A stretch of 64,000 bases of DNA from an uncultured delta proteobacterium (GCA_963817725.1 CAWFPD010000013.1:255006-319005); one strand, 5' to 3'. Numbered from the stretch's first letter, positions 1-7,405 are shown. Notes: generated by a model from the letters alone, not told the origin. A program made the numbers and translations.

Positions 1-295
1 AGATATGTGCGCGCGCCACCCCAATGGCTTGGGCGCCGGTGGCGCAGGCGCCATAAGAGCTCGACACCTTCGCGCCGGACCAGCCCAGCGCCTGAGCAAA
101 CGTCGCTCCCGCCACGAAGCCGGGGTATCCGTTGCGGATCGTGTCCCCGCCTGCGACCAGCTGAATGTCTTTCCACTCGAGACCCGCGTCCTTCAAGGCG
201 GCGCGGGCGGCAGTGACACCGTAGCCGACGAAGCTCTGGCCCCACTTTCCCCACGGATGCATGCCGACGCCGAGCACGGCCACGTCCTTGCTCAT
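1..295 (-). CDS. Thiolase-like / lipid-transfer protein, N-terminal part (runs off window start)
   Basis: Manual translation from ATG 295: MSKDVAVLGVGMHPWGKWGQSFVGYGVTAARAALKDAGLEWKDIQ...SYGACATGAQAI. Thiolase N-terminus with active-site-type Cys; ATGA overlap with upstream DUF35 gene. Confidence 0.85.
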   Translation of the reverse strand, partial: MSKDVAVLGVGMHPWGKWGQSFVGYGVTAARAALKDAGLEWKDIQLVAGGDTIRNGYPGFVAGATFAQALGWSGAKVSSSYGACATGAQAIGVARAHI

Positions 296-741
296 GTCGC
301 AGCTCCCTCGCCGGCGGGCTTCCAGCTCCAGGTGAGATACACGTGGTCGTCATCCTCGTAGAGCGGCCGGAGCACGAGCTCCATGCGCATTCCAGTGCGG
401 AGCGCCTCAGGCCCGATGCCATCGGCGACTTGACCGAGGATGGTGAGCCCCTCCTTTTCGAGCTCCACTGCGGCGATGGCAAACGGCTCGAAGGGCTGCT
501 TGGCCACGAACGGAGCAGGGGGCTCGTAGCTCGCGCCGGTATAAGACCAGATCGTTCCCGTTCGGCTCAGCTTCACGTCTTGTAGATCATCCTGGTCGCA
601 CCCGGGGTTGCGGCAGAAGGTCCTCTCCGCCGGGAAGAAATACGTTCCGCAGCTCCGGCACTGCGTCCCGAGGAGGGAGGGCTCCGCCCGATCCATGGTG
701 AAGAGGCCTTCGACGGCAGGCACGTGCGCTTTGTCGGTCAT
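292..741 (-). CDS. Zn-ribbon/OB-fold (DUF35-type) acyl-CoA-binding protein, thiolase partner
   Basis: CRSCG...FCRNPGC zinc ribbon, then GTIWSYT...PFAIAAVELE...GMRMELV OB fold; adjacent to thiolase. Confidence 0.85.
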   Translation of the reverse strand: MTDKAHVPAVEGLFTMDRAEPSLLGTQCRSCGTYFFPAERTFCRNPGCDQDDLQDVKLSRTGTIWSYTGASYEPPAPFVAKQPFEPFAIAAVELEKEGLTILGQVADGIGPEALRTGMRMELVLRPLYEDDDHVYLTWSWKPAGEGAAT

Positions 742-819
742 GGCGCGTCGCCCATGAAATAGAACGTGTTTCAGCCTACTGCAACCCGGCTTTCTCAGGG
801 GCAGGCTGTCAGTATCCGG

Positions 820-1500
820 TCAGGCCGTCTTCGCGTAGGCGGCCTTGGCGCGACCGAGCAACTCGGTCAGCTCCTCGCGCAGCGCTTCGAGGCTGTCGAG
901 CGCCGCTCGGACGGTTGGGCGATGAAGGCCGTCGATCTCTTCGATCATTCGTTCGAGGCGTCGCGCGGTCGCCGTCGCCCGCCGGATCGCCTCCATCTGC
1001 TCGGCCCCCTCGGGCCTAGGATGAAAGACCGGGTTGAAGCGCTTTCGCAGCTCGGTGACCGGAGCACCCTCCTCGAACACCGCGTGCCGGAGCTCGTCGA
1101 CCACTGCCGGATCGATCGCGCGAGCATCCTCTTCGCGCCCGGGCTCCTCGTGCAGCGCCTTGGCAAAGTACTCCACGGCGTCGCACGTCGGAATCCGCTC
1201 GTTGAGGCCATCACGCTTCAACACCGAGGGGGCATGCCGCTTGAGCGCCACGTAGGATCCCGTGAGCTTGTCTGCCGTCGCGCGTTTGAGCTGAAGCTCA
1301 AGCGCACAATACGAATAGAAGTCCTCGTATCCCCAGGAGAGATACGCCTCGCGGTTGCGAGCCTCGACCAGAGCCTCGGCCATCATGACCCAGGAACGCT
1401 TGAACTCCCGTGCCCGTCGCACGAGGTGGACGCGCAGCTCGTCGGCCCCCTGGGCTTGCAGCGCCTCCGCGAGGTCGCCCAGCCTTTGATGCGTAGCCAT
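820..1500 (-). CDS. Conserved hypothetical helical protein
   Basis: ORF with plausible ATG at 1500 (MATHQRL...), natural composition, motif AREFKRSW...YLSWGYEDFYSYCALEL. Confidence 0.7.
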   Translation of the reverse strand: MATHQRLGDLAEALQAQGADELRVHLVRRAREFKRSWVMMAEALVEARNREAYLSWGYEDFYSYCALELQLKRATADKLTGSYVALKRHAPSVLKRDGLNERIPTCDAVEYFAKALHEEPGREEDARAIDPAVVDELRHAVFEEGAPVTELRKRFNPVFHPRPEGAEQMEAIRRATATARRLERMIEEIDGLHRPTVRAALDSLEALREELTELLGRAKAAYAKTA

Positions 1501-1590
1501 CGGCGCTCTATACCACCGACCGCACACGTTTCATACCGCATCTTCCCTAGGATCTTCTCCTTCGTGTTTGGGGTCATCCCTTGACCTGCG

Positions 1591-1608
1591 TATCGATCGC
1601 GATCGATA
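1591..1608. promoter_or_regulatory. Perfect 18-bp palindrome, possible operator
   Basis: TATCGATCGCGATCGATA is self-complementary; lies in a divergent intergenic gap, 9 bp before the GTG at 1618. Confidence 0.3.
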
Positions 1609-1617
1609 GTTGCTCGA

Positions 1618-2499
1618 GTGGGCCAAACTGATGGAGACCTTGGCACCGCGCTCGTCGGTGAGCTCGCACTCAGGCTGGCGAACCAAGTGTTCGAAGGATG
1701 TGCCGAGCGTGGCGTCGTGGCGATGCCCTTGAAGGGCGTGCTGCTCCTTGCAAGGTGGCCTGCTTTGCGGGGTCAGCGGGACCTCGTCGACATCGACCTC
1801 CTGGTACGCTCTTCGGACATCGAGACGGTGGCTCTGGCTTTGCGCACGCTCGGCTTCGAGCCGACCGTGCGTTCGAGCGCGGGAAGCACGTTTGTCAGCG
1901 ATGCATGGCCGCTCAGCATCGACGTGCACCTTCGTCTCTTTCCTCACGGCCTCTTTCGCATGTCTACGGACGGAGTTTTCTCGAGGGCAGAGCTCGACAC
2001 GTCGCTTTTTGCCGCACCCGTGGCGCGGATGTCGCATGAGGACGTCTTCGCACATCTGATCGGCCATTTCGTCAAGGGGCGTGGTACCTTTCGCGAGGAC
2101 ACGAGCCTCGACGACATTCGATGGCTGCTGAGGGAAGGCGTCTTTCAATTCGAAGATGCAGGCGCGTTAGGAGCTCATTTCCGAGCGTTGGGTCTTCAGC
2201 GTGCCGCGGGGTACGTGCTAGGTCACGAGTCGTTTCGAGACGATCCCATCGCGTGCGCAGCGGTTCGTTCACTGAAGCTCTCGCTATTGGACCGCATGAT
2301 CATCGCCGTCGCGCGTCTGGGCACGGACACGAATGGAGATTCGCCGCTCTGGTGGACACCACACCTGTTGGACCGGTCGCTTGTCGCTGGGTCGCGATCT
2401 CTTTTCGCTCACGCGGACGAAGCGAGGCGCCGCGTCCTGGCGCAGCTCGCCGCGCGCTCGGGATGGCCTACGAGGTCGCCGAATGAAGCGACACGATGA
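1618..2499 (+). CDS. Nucleotidyltransferase family protein (NTP_transf_5-like)
   Basis: PLKGVLL...RDLVDIDLLV (LKG...R..xDxD) and IDVHLRLF motifs, typical of the NTases found beside PqqD/lasso-type loci. Confidence 0.8.
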   Translation: MGQTDGDLGTALVGELALRLANQVFEGCAERGVVAMPLKGVLLLARWPALRGQRDLVDIDLLVRSSDIETVALALRTLGFEPTVRSSAGSTFVSDAWPLSIDVHLRLFPHGLFRMSTDGVFSRAELDTSLFAAPVARMSHEDVFAHLIGHFVKGRGTFREDTSLDDIRWLLREGVFQFEDAGALGAHFRALGLQRAAGYVLGHESFRDDPIACAAVRSLKLSLLDRMIIAVARLGTDTNGDSPLWWTPHLLDRSLVAGSRSLFAHADEARRRVLAQLAARSGWPTRSPNEATR

Positions 2500-3807
2500 C
2501 TAGGGGCACGCCACCCCGTCCTCGACGGCGTGCCATCGCACGTAGCTGAAGCACCCGCGGTCCTCCGCGGTTCGGGCGCTTGGACACCAATCGGTGAACT
2601 GGATTTCCCAAAGCTGCTCGTCGGCGTCGGTCGTATGGAGGCAACTGCGGTAGCCGACGATTCGCCTTGGCACCTCCGGACATGCAAACGCATCGCTCAA
2701 GAAGATCACGAATTCAGAGGGCGAAGCCGAAACGCATGGCTTGCGCACCCATTCGGTGAACGTGGGGACCTCCGAGCGTGGGGGGTCGACTCCGCACACT
2801 CCGTCCGCGGGAGCTTGGGTCTCCGCGCGACTATTATAGAGTGCTCGAGTGTCGCCGCGCGTGAGGCAAACACCATTGCTCGGGCAGTCCTCAGCGGTTT
2901 GCCCCGGCGCCTTGGTGAATTCCACGGTGTCACATTCGCAGCGGTGCGACGTAGCCCCCGTCCTCCTGCAGCTCGCGCCGGCCCCGCAAGGATCGGGGTC
3001 GCAAGGATCGGGCAGGACACAAATCCCGTCGCCACTTTCGTTCACCCAACCTTCGGGGCAATTGCATGTCACGCGGCTCATGCTCGCGTCGCAGGTTGCC
3101 GCGGCCACGCCGCATGCATCGGCGTCCACCGCGGTCCGCACGTACGCAAAGCTGCTCCCTGTGACGCTTCCCCACTCTGAGAAGACCACGTCATAGAAGA
3201 GGTTTTCGTTGGTGAGCCAGAGGCATAGGTCGGGGCCAACGATGCTTCCTCCGACGCAGTTTCCGTTGCAGGAGCTGCTGCCGCTGCCGCCTGAGAACAG
3301 CGCGGAGATCGGCTCGAAGTCGTCTGGAACTGTGGCGGCGGCGCACGTCGACAACGCCCACAACGTGCCCTCGGGCGACACCGAGCTGTTCGCTGCAAGC
3401 TCGTACGCGGAGTTGTAAAGCCCCTTCACGCGACCTCGCTTGAGACAGACGCCGGGGACGATGCAGTCGGGCGCCGCATCGAACGACGCGTACTCGAACG
3501 CGACGGTGCCCGAGGGGGCGCACGGGTCGGTGCCGCCAGTTCCCCCGGTTCCCGCAGAGCCGCCGGCTCCCGCGGAGCCCCCCGTTCCCAAAGAGCCCCC
3601 GATTCCCGCAGAGCCGCCCAGGCCGCCCGAGCCGCCCGAGCCGGCCGAACCGCCTGCGCCTCCCGAGCCGCCGCTGCCGCCCATACCTCCCGAGCCGGCC
3701 GAGCCGCCCGCGCCTCCCGAGCCGCCAGTGCCCTCGTTCCCGACCGAACTATAACATCCGCCGACGGCGGTCAGTAAAGCCAAGGCTACGTATCCACAGC
3801 GATTCAT
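2500..3807 (-). CDS. Cys-rich lipoprotein: Gly/Ser linker, duplicated unknown domain, two EGF-like modules
   Basis: Lipobox LTAVGGC, GGSAG linker, CNCPEGW...GICV and DPCDPDPCGAGASC...CEC EGF-like units between two homologous ~130-aa domains. Confidence 0.8.
   Translation of the reverse strand: MNRCGYVALALLTAVGGCYSSVGNEGTGGSGGAGGSAGSGGMGGSGGSGGAGGSAGSGGSGGLGGSAGIGGSLGTGGSAGAGGSAGTGGTGGTDPCAPSGTVAFEYASFDAAPDCIVPGVCLKRGRVKGLYNSAYELAANSSVSPEGTLWALSTCAAATVPDDFEPISALFSGGSGSSSCNGNCVGGSIVGPDLCLWLTNENLFYDVVFSEWGSVTGSSFAYVRTAVDADACGVAAATCDASMSRVTCNCPEGWVNESGDGICVLPDPCDPDPCGAGASCRRTGATSHRCECDTVEFTKAPGQTAEDCPSNGVCLTRGDTRALYNSRAETQAPADGVCGVDPPRSEVPTFTEWVRKPCVSASPSEFVIFLSDAFACPEVPRRIVGYRSCLHTTDADEQLWEIQFTDWCPSARTAEDRGCFSYVRWHAVEDGVACP
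3529..3732 (-). repeat. Low-complexity Gly/Ser/Thr coding repeat (GGSAGxGGS) linker
   Basis: Degenerate tandem repeats encoding GGSGGAGGSAGS...GTGGTGGT. Confidence 0.8.
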
Positions 3808-3907
3808 GATCCCCTCCCTCGAAGCTCTTACCTTCTAACAGGCTTTCCCTCGTCTCGAAAAGCGGGGATTCGTTGGGTCACGACTAATCGTTCGGTCAAA
3901 AGGTCAT

Positions 3908-4684
3908 TCATACGCTCGGGACCAGCGTGGCGTACGAGCTCGGTGACTCGAGCGACACGATGAGCTTTCGATTCAGTGCTTTCGCGTGCTGATCGAGCTC
4001 TTCGACCGTAGGCCACACCAAGAAGCCACCCCATGTCGTGTAGTACATTCCGTTCGTCGCGGCTGCGGCGTTCGGCTCGAAGAGACTCAAGAGGATCGGG
4101 CCATGCGGCGCGACGCGGTCACACGCACGAAGCAACTCCAGCCGGTCGGCGCGCTGAAGCACGTGTCCGAAGCTACCCCAGCCCAACAGCACGGCATCGA
4201 ATCTCGATTCGTGCGTGAGCCGTAGCGGCGTGTTCTTTCCGCGAAGCGCCGTCGCAATGAGATCCTGGTAACTCGCTTGGTCGACGAGATCAGAGCCGAG
4301 GACGGACCGACAGAGCCGAAATGCCGATTGAGCGGGCTCGAAGGCATGCACGCGGTAGCCCGACTTTCGGAGCTCGGAAGCCTCACGCCCCGAACCGGCC
4401 GCCCCGACGAGGATGGATGCCGGAGCAGAGGGCAGGCGTCGCTCGAACCATTTCCGCTCCCATTCGTAGAGCCCGTCATGGTCGTTTTCCGGCTGAAAAG
4501 AGGCGTCGTATAGTTCGATTGAAAGCGCCTCCTTTTCGACGTCTCGCAGTGCCCAGCTCAAGATGGCTCCGGTCGAAACCTCGACCGCGCCCTCGATTCG
4601 ACGGAACACGTATTGAACTTTGCGACTCTGCAATGCCCAGCCGCGCAGCAAGCGATATCGTACGCTCGGCTCGCCGCCTGTCAT
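3908..4684 (-). CDS. Class I SAM-dependent methyltransferase
   Basis: ILVGAAGSGREA motif I, VHAFEP, FDAVLLGWGSFGHV; ATG 4684 overlaps kinase stop (ATGA). Confidence 0.75.
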   Translation of the reverse strand: MTGGEPSVRYRLLRGWALQSRKVQYVFRRIEGAVEVSTGAILSWALRDVEKEALSIELYDASFQPENDHDGLYEWERKWFERRLPSAPASILVGAAGSGREASELRKSGYRVHAFEPAQSAFRLCRSVLGSDLVDQASYQDLIATALRGKNTPLRLTHESRFDAVLLGWGSFGHVLQRADRLELLRACDRVAPHGPILLSLFEPNAAAATNGMYYTTWGGFLVWPTVEELDQHAKALNRKLIVSLESPSSYATLVPSV

Positions 4685-5502
4685 GTTCTCTCGATCAAAT
4701 CGATGAGCTCGTCCGGGTGGCGCCACGATGCGCGCCAAGTACGGTCTCTGCCGACCAGGGCGCCCAGGGATATCCTCGGCTCGAAGAACGAGGCTTCGAT
4801 CCAATGCTTCAAGCCGGCAGTCGGAAGGATGGGCGCCAGTGCCGTCCGCGTACCACGCTCGATGCTGACGAAACGCACGTCGTGCACAGAGCAGGCAACT
4901 CGCTGCAGGGCGCGACTGTGCACGGCATAGTAGGGGGGCGCAGCGTCTTGTCCCGGCTCCACTGCATCCTCATCATCGTCGAGGCCAACGAGATACTCGG
5001 GGCGCCGTGCACCCGGCTCTGGAGGGTCGAAACGAATCGCGCGTGGCCATCCCCAGAGCCGCTGGCCGTCCGTGACCACGAACTCATCGGAGAAATATTT
5101 CCAACCGCGCCGCACCGCCGCGAGGGCAAGCGAGCTCTTCCCCGCGCCAGACGGCCCGGAGAAGACGAAGGTTGCTCGATCCGAAACCAAGGCTGCGGCG
5201 TGAAAGACTGCAAATTCGCGTTTGTGCCGCGCGAGCGCCAGGCGGTAGAGCCACTGCTCGAAACCAGCGACCAAGTCTTCGACCTCGCCATCCGCCCACA
5301 AGATTTCGCCGTCCACCACGATTCGAGGTGACCCGTTGGCGATTACTTCGATGTCGCACCTGGCCTCCGGTTGGACAATCGGCGACTTCGCGGCGGACCA
5401 GTGACGTCGGAGGTAGCGACTCGTTTTCGCGCAGGAGCTTCGTACACCAACACGAAGGCCGGAAAGAAAGATTTCGTGCTGCTCTAGGTTGCCTCTTTCC
5501 AC
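4681..5502 (-). CDS. HPr kinase-like P-loop Ser/Thr kinase
   Basis: FHAAAL...FSGPSGAGKSSLA...YFSDE signature (H-A, Walker A, SDE). Confidence 0.8.
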   Translation of the reverse strand: MERGNLEQHEIFLSGLRVGVRSSCAKTSRYLRRHWSAAKSPIVQPEARCDIEVIANGSPRIVVDGEILWADGEVEDLVAGFEQWLYRLALARHKREFAVFHAAALVSDRATFVFSGPSGAGKSSLALAAVRRGWKYFSDEFVVTDGQRLWGWPRAIRFDPPEPGARRPEYLVGLDDDEDAVEPGQDAAPPYYAVHSRALQRVACSVHDVRFVSIERGTRTALAPILPTAGLKHWIEASFFEPRISLGALVGRDRTWRASWRHPDELIDLIERT

Positions 5503-5777
5503 GCGATGAGCTTCCGTTGCTCGAGCTGACCGAGGAATGCAATCACGTCACGAGCCACCGTTGCCCGCTCCGCCTCGACATGGCTCAGGATTTCGGCAGT
5601 GATGTCCTCGATTGACCGTTTGCCGTCGATCATCAACCAAACACCCGCTGCAATATCGTTCAACACGAGCAATTGCGGGGTGTTGCCATCGTAGATGACG
5701 ACTTCATCGGTGTCGGTGACCTCATGCGTGAGCGTATTCTTGCGTTGAGGCACGCGTCGATCGGACACATCAGGCAT
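5484..5777 (-). CDS. Stand-alone PqqD-family RiPP recognition element (RRE)
   Basis: EVVIYD...LNDIAAGVWLMIDGKRSIEDI...ARDVIAFLGQLEQRKLI matches the PqqD pattern; 97 aa from ATG 5777. Confidence 0.9.
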   Translation of the reverse strand: MPDVSDRRVPQRKNTLTHEVTDTDEVVIYDGNTPQLLVLNDIAAGVWLMIDGKRSIEDITAEILSHVEAERATVARDVIAFLGQLEQRKLIAWKEAT

Positions 5778-6912
5778 TGCAAGTCCTATCGAGCAATACC
5801 GATCGAGCTTGGCACTCCCAACAGGAGAGCTTCTCACCCCATCGTGCGCGGGCCGTCAGCAAGCTCTTCTTCGTCGAGGCGATTGGCTGTGTAGACGTTA
5901 GAATCGCTTCGAGGCTGGTCTCGTAGATCGATCCAAGCAGCAGGTGCCGGCTGAAGATGCACGGATACACCTTGCCGTCATAGCTCACCGCAGCCGAGCC
6001 GCCGAAGTCTCGCGATCGCCTGCTCTCGACACCGCCGTTTTGAAGGCCTGCTGGGCGCGCGTCGATTTGCGTGGATGTGGCGTCCCCTCGACCGACCTCG
6101 CGCATTTGGTCGAAGCCCACCGAGTCGCGAGCCAGGCCCAGCTCCAGCAAATATTCGTAGGTCTGCGATGCATCCTGTTGGTTCTGCGCCATCGAGATGA
6201 CGCCCACGCGCACCTTCAATCCATCCTCGACAGCACGGCGAATGGCTCGCGCGGTGCGTGCATGACTGCCTGGTGTCCGAGTGATGGCGTCATGGGTCTC
6301 GGGATCGTGCGAGTAGAAGGAAAACGCAAACGACGGCGCGAGCTCGCGCAAGCGCTCGTAGGTCCTTCCCCGAAGCGCGAGGCCATTCGTATAGATCTCG
6401 ACCTGCGGGATGCCAATCTCTTTCGCATGCTCCACGGCTCGGATGCAATGGGCGCTGATGAGGGGATCCCCGCCGGTGAGCTGTACCAGACCGAAGCCCA
6501 GCGCCTTCGCGTCGTTGAGCACCGTGCGGATCTCCGGCCACGCGAGTGCCTCGGTGCGAGCAGGCGTCGATTCGGCATAGCAATGCACACATTGCTCGTT
6601 GCACTTCGCCGTAAGCTCCACGAAAAGCTGTCTCCATCCAGAGCCACGCAACACGGTTTGTCGCGTGAGTGGTTGCAGCTTCTGCTCCTGGAGTTGACCT
6701 CGGAGCTGCCCCACCAAAGGCTCGAACCGTGCGAGCGAATCCCACACCGACGCGGACAGCTGGCCATTCAACGAATCGATCTCGGGCGTTCCTTCGATTC
6801 GGATCTGATCCCCGCTGCTCAGCTTGATGGCTTCGAGCAATCCTTCGCTCTGCCAGAGGATCCAGTCGTTGGGCAAGAAGTAGCCGGTCTTCTGCCGTTC
6901 CATTCGCTTCAT
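5770..6912 (-). CDS. Radical SAM enzyme with SPASM/twitch-like C-terminus, putative peptide maturase
   Basis: ELTAKCNEQCVHCY (CxxxCxxC), LTGGDP, YTNG, DGKVYPC...GSI...CWECQAR. Confidence 0.92.
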   Translation of the reverse strand: MKRMERQKTGYFLPNDWILWQSEGLLEAIKLSSGDQIRIEGTPEIDSLNGQLSASVWDSLARFEPLVGQLRGQLQEQKLQPLTRQTVLRGSGWRQLFVELTAKCNEQCVHCYAESTPARTEALAWPEIRTVLNDAKALGFGLVQLTGGDPLISAHCIRAVEHAKEIGIPQVEIYTNGLALRGRTYERLRELAPSFAFSFYSHDPETHDAITRTPGSHARTARAIRRAVEDGLKVRVGVISMAQNQQDASQTYEYLLELGLARDSVGFDQMREVGRGDATSTQIDARPAGLQNGGVESRRSRDFGGSAAVSYDGKVYPCIFSRHLLLGSIYETSLEAILTSTQPIASTKKSLLTARARWGEKLSCWECQARSVLLDRTCNA

Positions 6913-7118
6913 CCAGCGATGGGCATGCAGTTCAACGGGTTACAGCCGTTGGGATTGCATACCCCGGGCATACACGTCGACGGATTGCACGACGCCTGGG
7001 CGTGCGCCTTGTTCAGCGTGATCGTCGCGAGGATGGCAGGTGCCGTATATGCTGCGGCTTTGAGAAAATGGCGCCTCGCGCGATCGAGCTCGTTTGTGTC
7101 CCCCACGTCGTCCTTCAT
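6909..7118 (-). CDS. Putative RiPP precursor peptide (69 aa), twin-Arg leader + (CxPxx)5 core
   Basis: MKDDVGDTNELDRARRHFLKAAAYTAPAILATITLNKAHAQASCNPSTCMPGVCNPNGCNPLNCMPIAG; GAAGAG before ATG 7118; stop overlaps rSAM ATG (ATGA). Confidence 0.85.
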   Translation of the reverse strand: MKDDVGDTNELDRARRHFLKAAAYTAPAILATITLNKAHAQASCNPSTCMPGVCNPNGCNPLNCMPIAG

Positions 7119-7245
7119 CGCTGGCTCTTCAACTGGTCCATACCCGAAAAGTGCACCCCGGTTCCAGGCAGATAGCAGCACGATCGCGGCTCGCCACTCG
7201 ATCCATCCGGTTCCATGTCCGGGAATTTGTGCGCTCGAATACTTG

Positions 7246-7275
7246 TTGACAACCGTGATTTCGAAGCTTTACAGT
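7246..7275 (+). promoter_or_regulatory. Sigma70-like promoter
   Basis: TTGACA (7246-7251)-N18-TACAGT (7270-7275) in an AT-richer intergenic patch. Confidence 0.5.
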
Positions 7276-7281
7276 ATGACT

Positions 7282-7391
7282 GTCGGCGGCTGATCAGCAA
7301 TCCCCCGGCAAGGGCAAATCCAGATTCAAACTCCTTGAGGGTACAACACAACGGGCGCTCGGGCGGGGTTCATACCTCGCCCGAGTTTTTT
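7282..7391 (+). ncRNA. Candidate small RNA (~110 nt)
   Basis: Bounded by a + strand promoter and a + strand intrinsic terminator; no credible ORF inside; family not recognised. Confidence 0.4.
7358..7391 (+). terminator. Intrinsic terminator hairpin
   Basis: CTCGGGCGGGGT-TCAT-ACCTCGCCCGAG followed by TTTTTT on + strand; the hairpin may also end the convergent RRM transcript. Confidence 0.75.
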
Positions 7392-7405
7392 GTTCCGGTG
7401 CCAAC

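Noticed and set aside
3529-3732. Tandem repeats considered as CRISPR or VNTR
   Set aside because: Degenerate codon-level repeats inside a CDS with no unique spacers and no cas genes
3440-3754. Pro-rich PPEPPAEP ORF (also 43844-44044 and 45398-45607)
   Set aside because: Reverse complement of Gly-rich lipoprotein linkers
5484-6912. PQQ or mycofactocin biosynthesis assignment for PqqD + rSAM
   Set aside because: No pqqB/C, no ExxxY PqqA or IDGxCGVY MftA peptide; the adjacent peptide is Cys/Pro-periodic
7151-7215. Possible sigma54 promoter (minus strand TGGAACCGGGGTGCA) and CCGGTTCCA direct repeat upstream of the precursor
   Set aside because: GG-GC spacing is 9 rather than the required 10 nt; a 9-mer repeated once is weak evidence
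5944-7293. 449-aa + strand ORF across the rSAM and precursor
   Set aside because: Antisense shadow ORF typical of high-GC DNA; no motifs
7305-7350. GGGCAAA suggested a c-di-GMP-I riboswitch
   Set aside because: No GNRA-capped P2 or downstream conserved segment, and no gene downstream on that strand
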